Both the position numbers and the translations under genes were made by a program. DNA of 63,903 bases, counting the filler. It is 9 parts of 9 records of this genome, joined end to end, with 100 filler letters (N's around TTAATTAATTAA, not from the genome) between each part and the next. Parts side by side here need not be neighbours in the genome. Positions count along the whole stretch, not along the records: positions 40,283 to 46,423 come from SRR20825010_1864; positions 46,524 to 60,107 come from SRR20825010_1868; 7 more parts are not named here. The stretch is one strand, 5' to 3'. Every line of letters begins with the position of its first letter. Position 1 is the stretch's first letter. The notes under the pieces were generated by a model. The model made no database searches. It saw only the letters and a program-made list of their open reading frames with translations, and was not told where the DNA came from. Below are positions 40,285 through 50,838 of this stretch, piece by piece.

Positions 40285-42210
40285 ATGATTCCCAATAATC
40301 CGCTCCATAAATTATTAGCGCCACAATACTGGAATTGGGTGCAATTTGCGCTGTCGATTCCCGTGGTGTTTTATGCCACTTGGATGTTCTTTCAACGTGC
40401 CTACCGAAGCATCAGAACATGGAATTTGAACATGTTTACCCTCATTGGAATTGGAGCTGGGGTGGCTTTTGTGTTCAGTGTACTTGGATTGCTATTTCCG
40501 GAATTTTTTCCTGACCAGTTCAAGGGAGGAACCGGCGCTGTACATGTGTATTTTGAGGCCGCGACAGTAATTCTTACGCTGGTGCTATTGGGACAATTAT
40601 TGGAAGCCAGGGCACATAGCAAGACCAATAACGCCGTAAAAGAATTGTTGAAACTGGCTCCCAACAAAGCCATAAAAGTGGTGGACGGGGAAGAAGTTGA
40701 GGTCAGCATCGATGACATTGAGAAAGGGGATATTCTCCGAGTAAAACCCGGAGAAAAAATTCCTGTGGACGGTATTATTACCGATGGAGAAACCTCTGTG
40801 GACGAATCCATGATCACAGGGGAACCCATCCCTGTTGAGAAGACGGTTGATGATAAAGTGAGCAGCGGTACTATCAACGGGAACCAATCTTTTTTGATGA
40901 AGGCCGAAAAGGTGGGCAGTGATACGTTACTCTCACAAATCATTGATATGGTGAACCAAGCCAGCCGAAGCCGGGCACCCATTCAGAATTTGGCGGATAA
41001 GGTATCTGCCTATTTTGTGCCCATTGTGGTGATAATTTCCATAATTACCTTCGCGGTTTGGGCCGTTTGGGGTCCACAGCCCGCTTATGTCTATGCATTG
41101 ATCAATGCCATTGCAGTTTTGATTATCGCTTGTCCTTGTGCACTGGGTCTTGCCACACCAATGTCCATAATGGTCGGGGTGGGTAAGGGCGCCCAAAACG
41201 GCGTGCTCATCAAAAATGCGGAAGCTTTGGAGAAACTGGCCGATGTGGACACCTTGATCATCGATAAAACGGGAACCATTACCGAAGGTAAACCCACCTT
41301 TGACCATTTGGAGGCCTTTTCGGATGACTATTCAGATAGAGATTTGTTGCAATACGTTGTTTCGGTAAATGCCAACAGTGAACATCCATTGGCCCAGGCC
41401 ACGGTGAATTATGGCAAGGAACAAGATGTACAGGTTCTACAAACTGATTCTTTCAATGCCGTAACGGGAATGGGAGTTGAAGGAAAAATCAATGGTTCCG
41501 AAGTCCATTTGGGTAACCTCAAATTGATGGAAAAGGCCAATGTCGAAATCTCTGATTCGATAAAGGAAAAGGTGATAAAATCCCAAGAAAAAGGAAAGAC
41601 GGTTTCCTATTTGGCCATCGATGGAAAATGTCATGGATTTGTGGCCATTGGTGATAAAATAAAGGCAACCAGTGCCAAAGCCATCAAAGCTATTCAGGAC
41701 AGGGGAATTTCCGTAATCATGCTTACAGGCGACAATGCCAACACAGCCAAGGCGGTGGCGGGAGAACTTCATTTGGATGATTTTAAGGCAGAAGCTTTAC
41801 CGGAGGATAAAATGAAGGAAGTGGAACGCCTACAAGGTGAGGGAAAAGTGGTCGCGATGGCCGGTGATGGCATCAACGACGCCCCGGCCCTCGCCAAAAG
41901 TGACTTGGGCATTGCGATGGGCACGGGTACCGATGTGGCCATAGAAAGCGCTATGGTCACTTTAGTGAAAGGTGATCTGCACGGTATCGTTAAAGCAAGG
42001 AACCTTAGTGAAGTCGTCATGAAAAACATAAAACAAAACCTATTTTTTGCATTGATATACAATACCATCGGAGTGCCCGTAGCGGCAGGGGTACTCTATC
42101 CGTTATTTGGGATATTGCTCTCACCTATGATCGCGGCTCTAGCCATGAGCTTTAGCTCCGTATCGGTGATTACCAATGCATTACGACTACGAACTAAATC
42201 AATCGACTAA
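40285..42210 (+). CDS. copA: Copper-translocating P1B-type ATPase (5'-truncated)
   Basis: [25 protein letters not shown] and MxxSS Cu(I) signatures. Confidence 0.92.
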   Translation: MIPNNPLHKLLAPQYWNWVQFALSIPVVFYATWMFFQRAYRSIRTWNLNMFTLIGIGAGVAFVFSVLGLLFPEFFPDQFKGGTGAVHVYFEAATVILTLVLLGQLLEARAHSKTNNAVKELLKLAPNKAIKVVDGEEVEVSIDDIEKGDILRVKPGEKIPVDGIITDGETSVDESMITGEPIPVEKTVDDKVSSGTINGNQSFLMKAEKVGSDTLLSQIIDMVNQASRSRAPIQNLADKVSAYFVPIVVIISIITFAVWAVWGPQPAYVYALINAIAVLIIACPCALGLATPMSIMVGVGKGAQNGVLIKNAEALEKLADVDTLIIDKTGTITEGKPTFDHLEAFSDDYSDRDLLQYVVSVNANSEHPLAQATVNYGKEQDVQVLQTDSFNAVTGMGVEGKINGSEVHLGNLKLMEKANVEISDSIKEKVIKSQEKGKTVSYLAIDGKCHGFVAIGDKIKATSAKAIKAIQDRGISVIMLTGDNANTAKAVAGELHLDDFKAEALPEDKMKEVERLQGEGKVVAMAGDGINDAPALAKSDLGIAMGTGTDVAIESAMVTLVKGDLHGIVKARNLSEVVMKNIKQNLFFALIYNTIGVPVAAGVLYPLFGILLSPMIAALAMSFSSVSVITNALRLRTKSID

Positions 42211-42217
42211 TACAAAA

Positions 42218-42925
42218 ATGGTAAAACGAAAAACAGCGATTAAAATTAGAAAGGCCCACAGGTATTTGGGACTGTTTTTGGGAATACAATTCATTATGTG
42301 GACGGCCAGTGGCCTTTATTTCAGTTGGACCGATATTGATGAAATCCACGGAGACCATTTCAGGAATATGGATCATAAACCTGTTGCCTTTGATGGTCTC
42401 ATCGGAAGTTCAAAAATCAACATACCGGGTAAAATAAGTTCGTTGAGCCTTAAGGAAATAGCAGGAAAACCCTACTACTGGATAAACCATGAGTTTTTGG
42501 TGGATGCGAGGGATGGAAGCCTGAAAAGCAACATTTCGGAACAAGAGGCCTTGGAAGTTGCAGCGCGTGAGATGGCACCGAGTTTAAAAGTGAAAAATGT
42601 GGAGGTCATCAAGGAAACCGATAAGCATCATGAGTATCGAGGTAGAACACTACCCGCTTATGTGATTTCTTATGATTCCCCCGAGAATATCAAGGCCTAT
42701 GTTTCCCTTGCCGACGGTTCTTTTCAAACCGTACGACATCGAAACTGGAGATGGTTCGATTTTTTGTGGATGACCCACACTATGGATTATGAGGGCAGGG
42801 ACGATTTTAATACAACTGTCCTTCGGGCCTTTTCCCTTTTGGGATTGATCACTGTACTGAGCGGATTTTTGCTCTGGTTTACCTCGTCGCCAACGATGCG
42901 GAAAATCGTTAAACGTAAAAAATAG
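42218..42925 (+). CDS. PepSY-associated membrane protein
   Basis: HRYLGL, WTASGLYF, WRWFDFLWMTHTMDY, SGFLLW. Confidence 0.8.
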   Translation: MVKRKTAIKIRKAHRYLGLFLGIQFIMWTASGLYFSWTDIDEIHGDHFRNMDHKPVAFDGLIGSSKINIPGKISSLSLKEIAGKPYYWINHEFLVDARDGSLKSNISEQEALEVAAREMAPSLKVKNVEVIKETDKHHEYRGRTLPAYVISYDSPENIKAYVSLADGSFQTVRHRNWRWFDFLWMTHTMDYEGRDDFNTTVLRAFSLLGLITVLSGFLLWFTSSPTMRKIVKRKK

Positions 42926-42929
42926 AAAA

Positions 42930-44666
42930 ATGAAAAAGGAAAATATCATTTATATCGGAATTGCTGTGGTAGTGGGATTATTGGTCGGCTATCTCATATT
43001 TGGGGGCAGTGAAGGCAGCACTACAATGGACGAACATGATCACGGCACCGAATCTACTACCAGCGAAATGTGGACCTGTTCCATGCATCCACAGATCATG
43101 CAGCCGGAGCCAGGATCTTGTCCCATTTGTGGTATGGACCTTATTCCTGCGGAAAGTAGCGAAGAAGGACTCATGGCCAATCAGATTAAAATGACCCAGA
43201 ATGCCATGGTGCTCGCGGGGGTGGAAACTATTCAGGTAGGTTCCCAAACTGAAGGGGAAGGTAGTGTCAAGGTTTCGGGCAAGATTACCGTTAACCAAGA
43301 ATCCGACGCGGTCCAATCAGCCTACTTTGATGGTAGGATAGAAAACATCTTCGTGAATTTTGAAGGGGAAGAGGTGCGCAAGGGCCAAAAGCTGGCCACT
43401 ATTTATGCGCCGGCCTTGGTTTCGGCACAGCAAGAATTGCTGACGGCGGCCAAATTGAAGGAAACCCAACCCCAATTGTACAAAGCGGTCCGCAATAAAT
43501 TAAAGCTCTGGAAGTTGTCCGAATCACAAATTGATCAAATAGAGAATTCGGGTAACGTTGTTGAAAATTTCCCGATATATTCCAACGTCAGGGGAGTGGT
43601 TTCAAAAATAATGGTAGAGGAAGGGGATTATATCAAAACAGGTTCACCTTTGGTGAAAGTGGCCAATTTGGGCTCTGTTTGGGCCATTTTTGATGCCTAT
43701 GAAAGTCAATTGGGACTTTTTGAAAAGGGTCAAACCTTGGAAATCACGACAAGATCTTACCCGAATGAAACATTTCCCGCGACAGTTTCTTTTGTTTCCC
43801 CGCTATTGAACAACAGTACAAGAACCTTGGAGGTTCGCGCGGAACTTGATAATGAAAAAGGATTGCTAAAACCCGGAATGTTCGTGCAGGCCAAGATTGA
43901 GATGTCCAAAAATGAAAAAGATGAGGTTTTGACCATTCCCGAGAGTGCGGTTTTATGGACAGGTCAACGCTCTTTGGTGTATGTGCAGCCGGACCCTTCA
44001 ACTTCGATTTTTGAAATGAGGGAGGTGGAACTGGGAAATTTGAGCAATGGAAGCTATGCGGTCAATTCGGGATTGAAACCTAGGGAACTGGTCGTTGCCA
44101 AGGGAACTTTTACGGTGGATGCCGCAGCACAATTACAGGGTAAAAAGTCCATGATGAACCAAGATGGTGAAACCATGACCATGGACCACGAAGGCCACTC
44201 AAAAATGGGCGGAACCATGAAAATGCAATTTTCAGAAGAGGTACAGGACAAGTTTGGGGGTTTACTGGGGGTATATCTGGACCTAAAAGATGCCTTGGTA
44301 GCATCGAACAGTGAACAAACGCAGGCAATGGCACAAAAAGGAGCAAGGATAGCTTTGGACATCAGTGGTATGCAAATGGATGATATGGGCAGGAGCCACA
44401 TGTCCCAATTGGCAGAACAACTGGCAGAAATGGCTTCAAAAAGTACATTGGAGGATCAACGTGGGATTTTTATCCAGCTTTCCCAAAACATGATCCAGAT
44501 CGGACAACAAATGCAAGGTTTGGAAACGAAGATTTATGTCCAACATTGTCCTATGGCAAATAATGACAAAGGTGCGAACTGGCTGAGTTTGGAGCAAGAA
44601 ATACGAAATCCTTACTATGGTGATGCCATGCTTACCTGTGGCAGTGTGGTAGGAACCATCGAATAG
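42930..44666 (+). CDS. CusB-like RND periplasmic adaptor with heavy-metal-binding domain and DUF3347-like tail
   Basis: WTCSMHPQI...CPICGMDL, adaptor core (LKPGMF), YLDLKDALV, CPMA...WLS...NPYYGDAMLTCG. Confidence 0.88.
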   Translation: MKKENIIYIGIAVVVGLLVGYLIFGGSEGSTTMDEHDHGTESTTSEMWTCSMHPQIMQPEPGSCPICGMDLIPAESSEEGLMANQIKMTQNAMVLAGVETIQVGSQTEGEGSVKVSGKITVNQESDAVQSAYFDGRIENIFVNFEGEEVRKGQKLATIYAPALVSAQQELLTAAKLKETQPQLYKAVRNKLKLWKLSESQIDQIENSGNVVENFPIYSNVRGVVSKIMVEEGDYIKTGSPLVKVANLGSVWAIFDAYESQLGLFEKGQTLEITTRSYPNETFPATVSFVSPLLNNSTRTLEVRAELDNEKGLLKPGMFVQAKIEMSKNEKDEVLTIPESAVLWTGQRSLVYVQPDPSTSIFEMREVELGNLSNGSYAVNSGLKPRELVVAKGTFTVDAAAQLQGKKSMMNQDGETMTMDHEGHSKMGGTMKMQFSEEVQDKFGGLLGVYLDLKDALVASNSEQTQAMAQKGARIALDISGMQMDDMGRSHMSQLAEQLAEMASKSTLEDQRGIFIQLSQNMIQIGQQMQGLETKIYVQHCPMANNDKGANWLSLEQEIRNPYYGDAMLTCGSVVGTIE

Positions 44667-44747
44667 ATTTTAGTTAATATTTAGCCAAATAAAATCTACA
44701 TATTTAAATCTGGAATACATTTACTTCAGTTTTTAATTTATTGACTC

Positions 44748-44843
44748 ATGAAACAAGCGAAGTCAACTGGAAAGTCATCTCCTGCAAAAGCTGTAAAGCC
44801 TGCTGCCAAGAAGACTGCCCAAGCTACTGGTAAAAAGAAGTAA
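44748..44843 (+). CDS. 31-aa Lys/Ala-rich basic small protein
   Basis: Manual translation MKQAKSTGKSSPAKAVKPAAKKTAQATGKKK*; AT-rich leader; followed by terminator; below the ORF-track cut-off. Confidence 0.65.
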   Translation: MKQAKSTGKSSPAKAVKPAAKKTAQATGKKK

Positions 44844-44884
44844 CTTGGTTATTGGTTCTTATGAAGGACCGCACTAAACAGATA

Positions 44885-44926
44885 AAAAGAAAACGCCCCG
44901 ATGCAAATCGGGGCGTTCCTATTTTA
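44885..44926. terminator. Intrinsic terminator downstream of groEL, probably bidirectional
   Basis: AACGCCCCGAT-GCAA-ATCGGGGCGTT with A-rich and T-rich flanks. Confidence 0.85.
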
Positions 44927-44945
44927 TAATACTTGTATTCATGAA

Positions 44946-46423
44946 TTACATCATGCCCGGCATTCCGCCACCTCCCATTGGAGGCATAGCTGGTGCATCT
45001 TCTTTGATGTCCGTCAAGGCACACTCTGTGGTCAAGATCATTCCGGCAACGGATGCGGCATTTTCCAGAGCAATACGGGTCACTTTTTTAGGATCGATGA
45101 TCCCTGCTTTAAGCATATCCACATATTGGTCGGACTTGGCATCGTAACCGAAGTCTTTTTTGCCTTCCAATACTTTGGCAATCACTACGGAGCCTTCTCC
45201 TCCTGCATTTTCTACAATGGTACGCAAAGGAGCTTCGATGGCCTTGGCCACGATTTGTACACCTGTAGTCTCGTCCAATGAGTCGGTTGCCAATTTTTCA
45301 AGAACCTTTTTGGCCCTTACCAAGGCAACACCACCACCGGCAACAATACCTTCTTCTACAGCGGCACGGGTAGCGTGCAAGGCATCGTCCACACGGTCTT
45401 TCTTCTCTTTCATTTCTACTTCAGAAGCTGCACCAACATAAAGTACGGCAACACCACCGGCTAATTTGGCCAAACGTTCCTGAAGTTTTTCTTTATCGTA
45501 ATCAGATGTGGTTGTCTCGATTTGAGCCTTTATCTGGCTTACTCTTGCTTTAATGTCAGAAGCGTTTCCGCTACCGTTCACGATAGTTGTGTTGTCCTTA
45601 TCGATGGTCACGGTCTCAGCAGTACCCAACATATCCAAAGAAGCATTTTCCAAAGAGAATCCTCTTTCTTCAGAGATTACAGTACCGCCTGTTAGGATAG
45701 CGATGTCTTCCAACATAGCTTTTCTTCTGTCGCCAAAACCTGGAGCTTTAACAGCTGCAATCTTAAGTCCACCTCTCAATTTGTTCACCACCAATGTTGC
45801 CAAGGCTTGGCCTTCTACATCTTCAGCGATGATCAAAAGAGGTCTTCCGGATTGTGCCACTGGCTCAAGAATAGGAAGGATTTCCTGAAGATTGGAGATT
45901 TTCTTGTCGAAAAGAAGAATATAAGGGTTCTCCAGATCAGCGATCATTTTATCGGTATCGGTAACAAAGTAAGGGGAAAGGTATCCTCTGTCAAACTGCA
46001 TACCTTCAACAACGTCAACGTAAGTGTCGGTACCTTTTGCTTCTTCAACAGTGATAACACCTTCTTTTCCTACTTTGGTGAAAGCAGTGGCGATAAGGTC
46101 GCCGATAGCTTCATCGTTGTTTGCAGAGATAGAAGCAACTTGCTTGATCTTATCAGAGTCGTTGCCAACTTCTTTGGTTTGTTTTTGTAAATCGGCCACC
46201 AAAGCTTCAACGGCTTTGTCAATTCCGCGTTTCAAATCCATTGGATTTGCACCGGCGGCAACGTTTTTAAGACCTTCTTTTACGATAGCCTGTGCCAAAA
46301 CGGTAGCAGTAGTGGTACCATCACCGGCCTGGTCATTGGTTTTGGAAGCAACTTCCTTCACCATTTGCGCACCCATATTCTCCAGTGCGTCTTCCAATTC
46401 GATTTCTTTTGCTACAGATACAC
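44946..46423 (-). CDS. groL: Chaperonin GroEL (5'-truncated)
   Basis: [23 protein letters not shown]-terminal GGGGMPGMM. Confidence 0.97.
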
Positions 46424-46523
46424 NNNNNNNNNNNNNNNNNNNNNNNNNNNNNNNNNNNNNNNNNNNNTTAATTAATTAANNNNNNNNNNNNNNNNNNNNN
46501 NNNNNNNNNNNNNNNNNNNNNNN
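46424..46523. other. Artificial contig spacer
   Basis: N-run + TTAATTAATTAA + N-run. Confidence 0.99.
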
Positions 46524-46566
46524 GCGCGAGCCCTCCGGTGACACACCGGGCGGTTCGCTCCGCTAC
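46524..46566. repeat. Truncated REP/REPIN-like hairpin (GTAG type)
   Basis: GCGAGCCCTCCGGTG-ACA-CACCGGGCGGTTCGC hairpin followed by TCCGCTAC (reverse complement GTAGCGGA) at a contig edge. Confidence 0.5.
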
Positions 46567-46643
46567 AGCCGAACTTGATTCCGAACGGTTCCGTACGGCA
46601 CCGCTATCGCAAGCGGAAACCCACGGCCGGTTATTCACTCTCC

Positions 46644-46853
46644 TCAGTCGAAGCGTTTTGTATCTTCTGACTGGCCTTCGACCGAATTGTCCTCGGCTGC
46701 TTTGGACCCATCTTGGCTGTGGAGGATCATCCGTCGACATTCTGGACAAAGCGAGTCCAAATCACTCGGCCAGTTTCCTACGGACTCAATGCGATGCGTT
46801 GGTTCCAGGAAGTGAAAGAGACGACGACACTGCTGGCAATTGTTGAACGGCAT
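46644..46853 (-). CDS. Small hypothetical protein with two CxxC motifs
   Basis: MPFNNCQQC...LCPECR, 69 aa. Confidence 0.45.
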   Translation of the reverse strand: MPFNNCQQCRRLFHFLEPTHRIESVGNWPSDLDSLCPECRRMILHSQDGSKAAEDNSVEGQSEDTKRFD

Positions 46854-47033
46854 GCTTCCATTGTAGCGGACCACTTGCAGTGAGATGGTTGTTCATTCGA
46901 ATCGCTCGCGTTGAATGAGTCGCCATTCTCCGATCTCCAGGCGAGCTGCGAAACGGAAGATTCCGTTTCGCAATGATCTTGACCAGCGTTTCGCCGGATG
47001 GCTCGGGCGTCAAACCGAAGCCTCTAAGTAAGC

Positions 47034-47225
47034 TCAACGAAACAAGCGTCGCAGCAACGGCACGGACGCATGGTGATGGGTGGTGGTGTGCTTGAAGTAG
47101 CCAACATTTGGATGTTGGCGACGGTCGATAACAGAATGGGTCGGGTTGGCGGAAGCGACTCCGGTTGCAGTCAATACGGCAACCAGCGAAGCGATTGCAA
47201 TCATGCGACGGACAAGTGAGGACAT
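47034..47225 (-). CDS. Small secreted hypothetical protein
   Basis: AAGGA RBS; MSSLVRRMIAIASLVAVLTATGVASA signal peptide; tail HTTTHHH...LLRRLFR. Confidence 0.55.
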   Translation of the reverse strand: MSSLVRRMIAIASLVAVLTATGVASANPTHSVIDRRQHPNVGYFKHTTTHHHASVPLLRRLFR

Positions 47226-47506
47226 TGCTTTTTCCTTTGTAAAAGTGAAGCACGGAACAAGATCGGAAGTGATCTTGGATGCACTCTGAAAAGCACGCGT
47301 CGTACCAACCGACAAGACGGTCAGCCAATGTTTCTCGGGAGACTCGCGATTCAACGTTTTCTGCGGCGTTTTTGATCTCCCGCGAATTGTCCGAATCAAA
47401 CTTGGCCAAGCCTCGCCCGCGTTCGGCGAAGCCAATCGACTGCAAAATCTCGCCCCGTCCTGCAAGAAATTGCGTTGTCGCGATGGTTCACTCAAGCAAG
47501 TGCTTT

Positions 47507-47944
47507 TTACTTGCCGCTTGCCATCAGGATGGCCCCCACGGTGATCAATCCCACTCCCAAGCAGCCAACAAATGAAAGGCGTTCGCTGAGGAACAATGCC
47601 GCGATCACAGCGACCAGGACCACACTTAGTTTGTCGATGGAGGCGACCTGTGCGGCTTGGCCAATGTCCAACGCTCGGAAGTAGCAAATCCAACTGCAAC
47701 CGGTCGCCAACCCAGACAAAATGAGGAAACCGACCGCCCGTCTAGAAAGTGTTTTCACTTCGCCGATCTGGCCGCTTGCGATCAACATCATGGCAACGAA
47801 ACACAAGATCACGATCGTTCGCACAAAGGTCGCGACGTCAGGTGGAATGCCCTTCACGCCAAGTTTGGCAAAGATGGCGGTGAGTGCCGCCGCCAAAGCT
47901 GACATGAATGCCCAAAACTGCCAACTGGTTGTGATGACCTGCAT
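47507..47944 (-). CDS. EamA/DMT family small transporter
   Basis: AALTAIFAKLG, LSGLATGCSWICYFRAL, VASIDKLSVV, FLSE. Confidence 0.9.
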   Translation of the reverse strand: MQVITTSWQFWAFMSALAAALTAIFAKLGVKGIPPDVATFVRTIVILCFVAMMLIASGQIGEVKTLSRRAVGFLILSGLATGCSWICYFRALDIGQAAQVASIDKLSVVLVAVIAALFLSERLSFVGCLGVGLITVGAILMASGK

Positions 47945-48149
47945 GCTTCGATCCTTGTGTCTGATGACGGTGCGTTGACTAACAGCCTACTGATTCTGCT
48001 GGATCTGGGAATGTTTTATCGCTGCCGTGCTTCCAGTTGCTCTGCCATGGAAATGATCAATGCAACGTCTGACCGATCGCTGGCGCCAAATTCGCATGGC
48101 TGAAGGGGCCTGAGTCGAAGACATCGCTGGAGCATTTTCAAGAAGCGAT

Positions 48150-50642
48150 TCATCTCGAACGCGCTTCTCGTTGAGCGAGTTGGTCCACGTTCGGGACGGT
48201 GCTGACTCGGTAGAGCGTTGCTGGGCCACGTTGAAGCAGCGGGACGATTTTGCTTTTGGTGGGCAGTTGATCTCGCAGCGATTCAATGGCGATGTGCGAA
48301 TCAACAATCAAAATGCAGTTCGAGTTTCGAAGCAGGAAGCGTTTGATGCCTTGATCGCTCAGCCTGGCGAAGTGAGCGATGTTCGCTCGGTTGAGATAAA
48401 AGGGCACTTCGGAGAATTCGTGCTCGATGGTTGCGATCGGTGTGGATTCGTCGACCCCGAGTTGCTTCGCCACTGGAGAGGATGCTCCGAAGAGTGTTTG
48501 GGATCGGCTGTACGCGGGAATCATCTGGTGCATGACCATGACCGCAAACAGGAACGCGACCACGGCGGAGGTTCCCCAAGCGATTCGGGCCTGATGTCGA
48601 TCCGCCATCAGCACCAAGGACGAAATCAACAGAGCGGCCCACAGCATCGCCCAAGCGAACAGCACGACGGTGGCGTCGTCGGTGTAGATCATCACGTAGA
48701 TCACAAATGCGACGCCTGCAAAACAAGTGGTCGCCGTTGCCGAACGTGCGGACCAGAATCGAGCAAAGAAGTGCTGTTCAGGATGACTTGCATCGGCGAG
48801 TACGGTGTGAAGGTAGTGGCCGACCATCAACGCCAGTGCCGGAGCGGCGGGCAAAAGATAGGTGGGCAATTTGCAACTCGACAGAGAAAAAAACGTGAAG
48901 CACCAACCACTCCACAGCAGCAGATACCCGACGGCAGGAGGTCGTTGGCGGCGAGACCTTTCGTCGCGGCTCAGCAAGAACTTGCCATAGGGGATTGTTA
49001 GAAAGGACCATGGGTGACCGGCGATGAGAAGGACAGGCAGGAAATACCAAATGGGCTTGGGATGGAACTCGCCGGCGAACCTTGCGATGTTGTGTCGGTA
49101 GAAGAACTCGTGCAAAAATGCGGGGTCTTCGAGGTGCACCATCAGAAACCAAGGTGCAGCGATCATGGACGCGACGCCACCGAGAACTCCGTAGTGCCAC
49201 CACCTTGGGCGTGCGTGAGCTTCGGATACCCAAGTCATTGCCAGCACGGGTGGAAGCCAAAGCACGATCGCGATCGGTCCTTTGGTCAAGAATGCCAAGC
49301 CAATGCAAACGCCTGAAAGGATCCACCACCCGAGGTGCAAAGAACCCTTGCCAACGGTTGAAGTCGGATTTCGAATCGCCTCCAGCGAGGTGAACAGTGA
49401 AAGCGAAACAAAGAGTGCCAACACGCCGTCGAGCAATAGGTAGCGACTGGTGAATGCGAAACCGACCGAAAGCATCAGCACGACGCCAGCGTATAGTCCG
49501 ACCGTTCGTCCGAAGAGCCGCGATCCAAAGAACATCGTGGATGCCAAAGTGCAGATCGCCGCGAGAGCGGGAACGAAGCGGGCGGATGCTTCACTGATTC
49601 CGAACAACTGGAAGCTGATCGCGCACAGCCAGTACAGCAGGGGTGGTTTGTCGTAGTAGGTTTCGAAATTGAGTTGCGGCAAAACCCAGTTGCCGGTTGC
49701 GATCATTTCCCGAGGGATCTCCGCGTACCTTGTTTCGTCGCGATCAATGAGCGGGTACTCAAGGTTGGCAAACATGAACACCGCCGCAATGAAAATCAGT
49801 CCAATTTGCAACCAGCTCGGGTTCAGGCCAAAACAGCCTGAGGATGTTGTTTCTGAATTCCGGCGATCCATGAGGGTTTGGGGCGGGAACTGGACTTCGT
49901 TCCACCAGTAACGCACCAGAGACGTGAGTACTTTCGGAATGTGCTTGATCGAGACCGTGCTTTGGCCAAGCGTGCGTGGTCGGTGCGAGACGCCAACCTC
50001 GACGACGCTGTGACCAAGGCGATTTGCCTGGGTCAGCATTTCTGAATTGACAAGGAAGCCGTCCCCGGTGATCCGCAACTTCTTCGCGACGTTGACATCA
50101 AACATCTTGAGAGCGCAATCGACGTCACGAACCCCGGTGCTGAGCATCGCTCGAACGAGCAGGTTGTAGACTTTTGAGTAAAGGCACCTTAGCGACGAAT
50201 CTTTCCGGTCGATGCGATAGCCACAAACGACGTCGTAGCGTTCCGATAGCAAGACGAAACGATCCAATTCGGTCAGATCGAATTGACAGTCCGCATCGGT
50301 GAAGGCAACCAAGTCACACTGTGCCGCGGAGAAACCGGAGCGAATCGCCGCCCCGTAACCTTGGTTGTGCGGGTGCTGGATCAATCGCAACGAGTGAATG
50401 AACTTTGCGAACTCGCGAACGATTTCGGCTGTCGCGTCAGAGCTGCCGTCATCGACAACGATGATTTCGTATCGATGCGTGATTGACGAAAGCGCCGAAT
50501 CAGCTTCCATGATTGCGTCGGCGATCACTTCCGCTTCGTTGTAAGCCGGCAGTATCAGGGTGATGGACGGCGTCCGGCGAGTCTTCGCGACGATCTTGGC
50601 TGTGTCAGCGGTTGACGCATGACTGGTTTCGATAGCGTGCAT
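48150..50642 (-). CDS. GT2 (ArnC/DPM1-like) fused to GT83/ArnT-like transferase
   Basis: ILPAYNE, VVDDGSSD, NQGYGAA, DAD, DVDC; then DRDETRYAEIPREM, YDKPPL, LTKGP and many transmembrane helices; AAGGAG RBS. Confidence 0.88.
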   Translation of the reverse strand: MHAIETSHASTADTAKIVAKTRRTPSITLILPAYNEAEVIADAIMEADSALSSITHRYEIIVVDDGSSDATAEIVREFAKFIHSLRLIQHPHNQGYGAAIRSGFSAAQCDLVAFTDADCQFDLTELDRFVLLSERYDVVCGYRIDRKDSSLRCLYSKVYNLLVRAMLSTGVRDVDCALKMFDVNVAKKLRITGDGFLVNSEMLTQANRLGHSVVEVGVSHRPRTLGQSTVSIKHIPKVLTSLVRYWWNEVQFPPQTLMDRRNSETTSSGCFGLNPSWLQIGLIFIAAVFMFANLEYPLIDRDETRYAEIPREMIATGNWVLPQLNFETYYDKPPLLYWLCAISFQLFGISEASARFVPALAAICTLASTMFFGSRLFGRTVGLYAGVVLMLSVGFAFTSRYLLLDGVLALFVSLSLFTSLEAIRNPTSTVGKGSLHLGWWILSGVCIGLAFLTKGPIAIVLWLPPVLAMTWVSEAHARPRWWHYGVLGGVASMIAAPWFLMVHLEDPAFLHEFFYRHNIARFAGEFHPKPIWYFLPVLLIAGHPWSFLTIPYGKFLLSRDERSRRQRPPAVGYLLLWSGWCFTFFSLSSCKLPTYLLPAAPALALMVGHYLHTVLADASHPEQHFFARFWSARSATATTCFAGVAFVIYVMIYTDDATVVLFAWAMLWAALLISSLVLMADRHQARIAWGTSAVVAFLFAVMVMHQMIPAYSRSQTLFGASSPVAKQLGVDESTPIATIEHEFSEVPFYLNRANIAHFARLSDQGIKRFLLRNSNCILIVDSHIAIESLRDQLPTKSKIVPLLQRGPATLYRVSTVPNVDQLAQREARSR

Positions 50643-50838
50643 CCGTGCACTCCTTTGTACTGTGTTTTTAGTAATTAACGGCAGGTGGTTTTCATTGCTT
50701 GGTGGCGATGACTGCAGACGGAAGTCGTAAGGGTTTAGTAGTTAGGTTTGTGAAGCATGGGAGTTGTGGACTCATTGAGCGTGCGGGATTGGAAGGGAGG
50801 AAAGTCGGTGGACCGTTCCACGACGTTGCGATTTTCGT

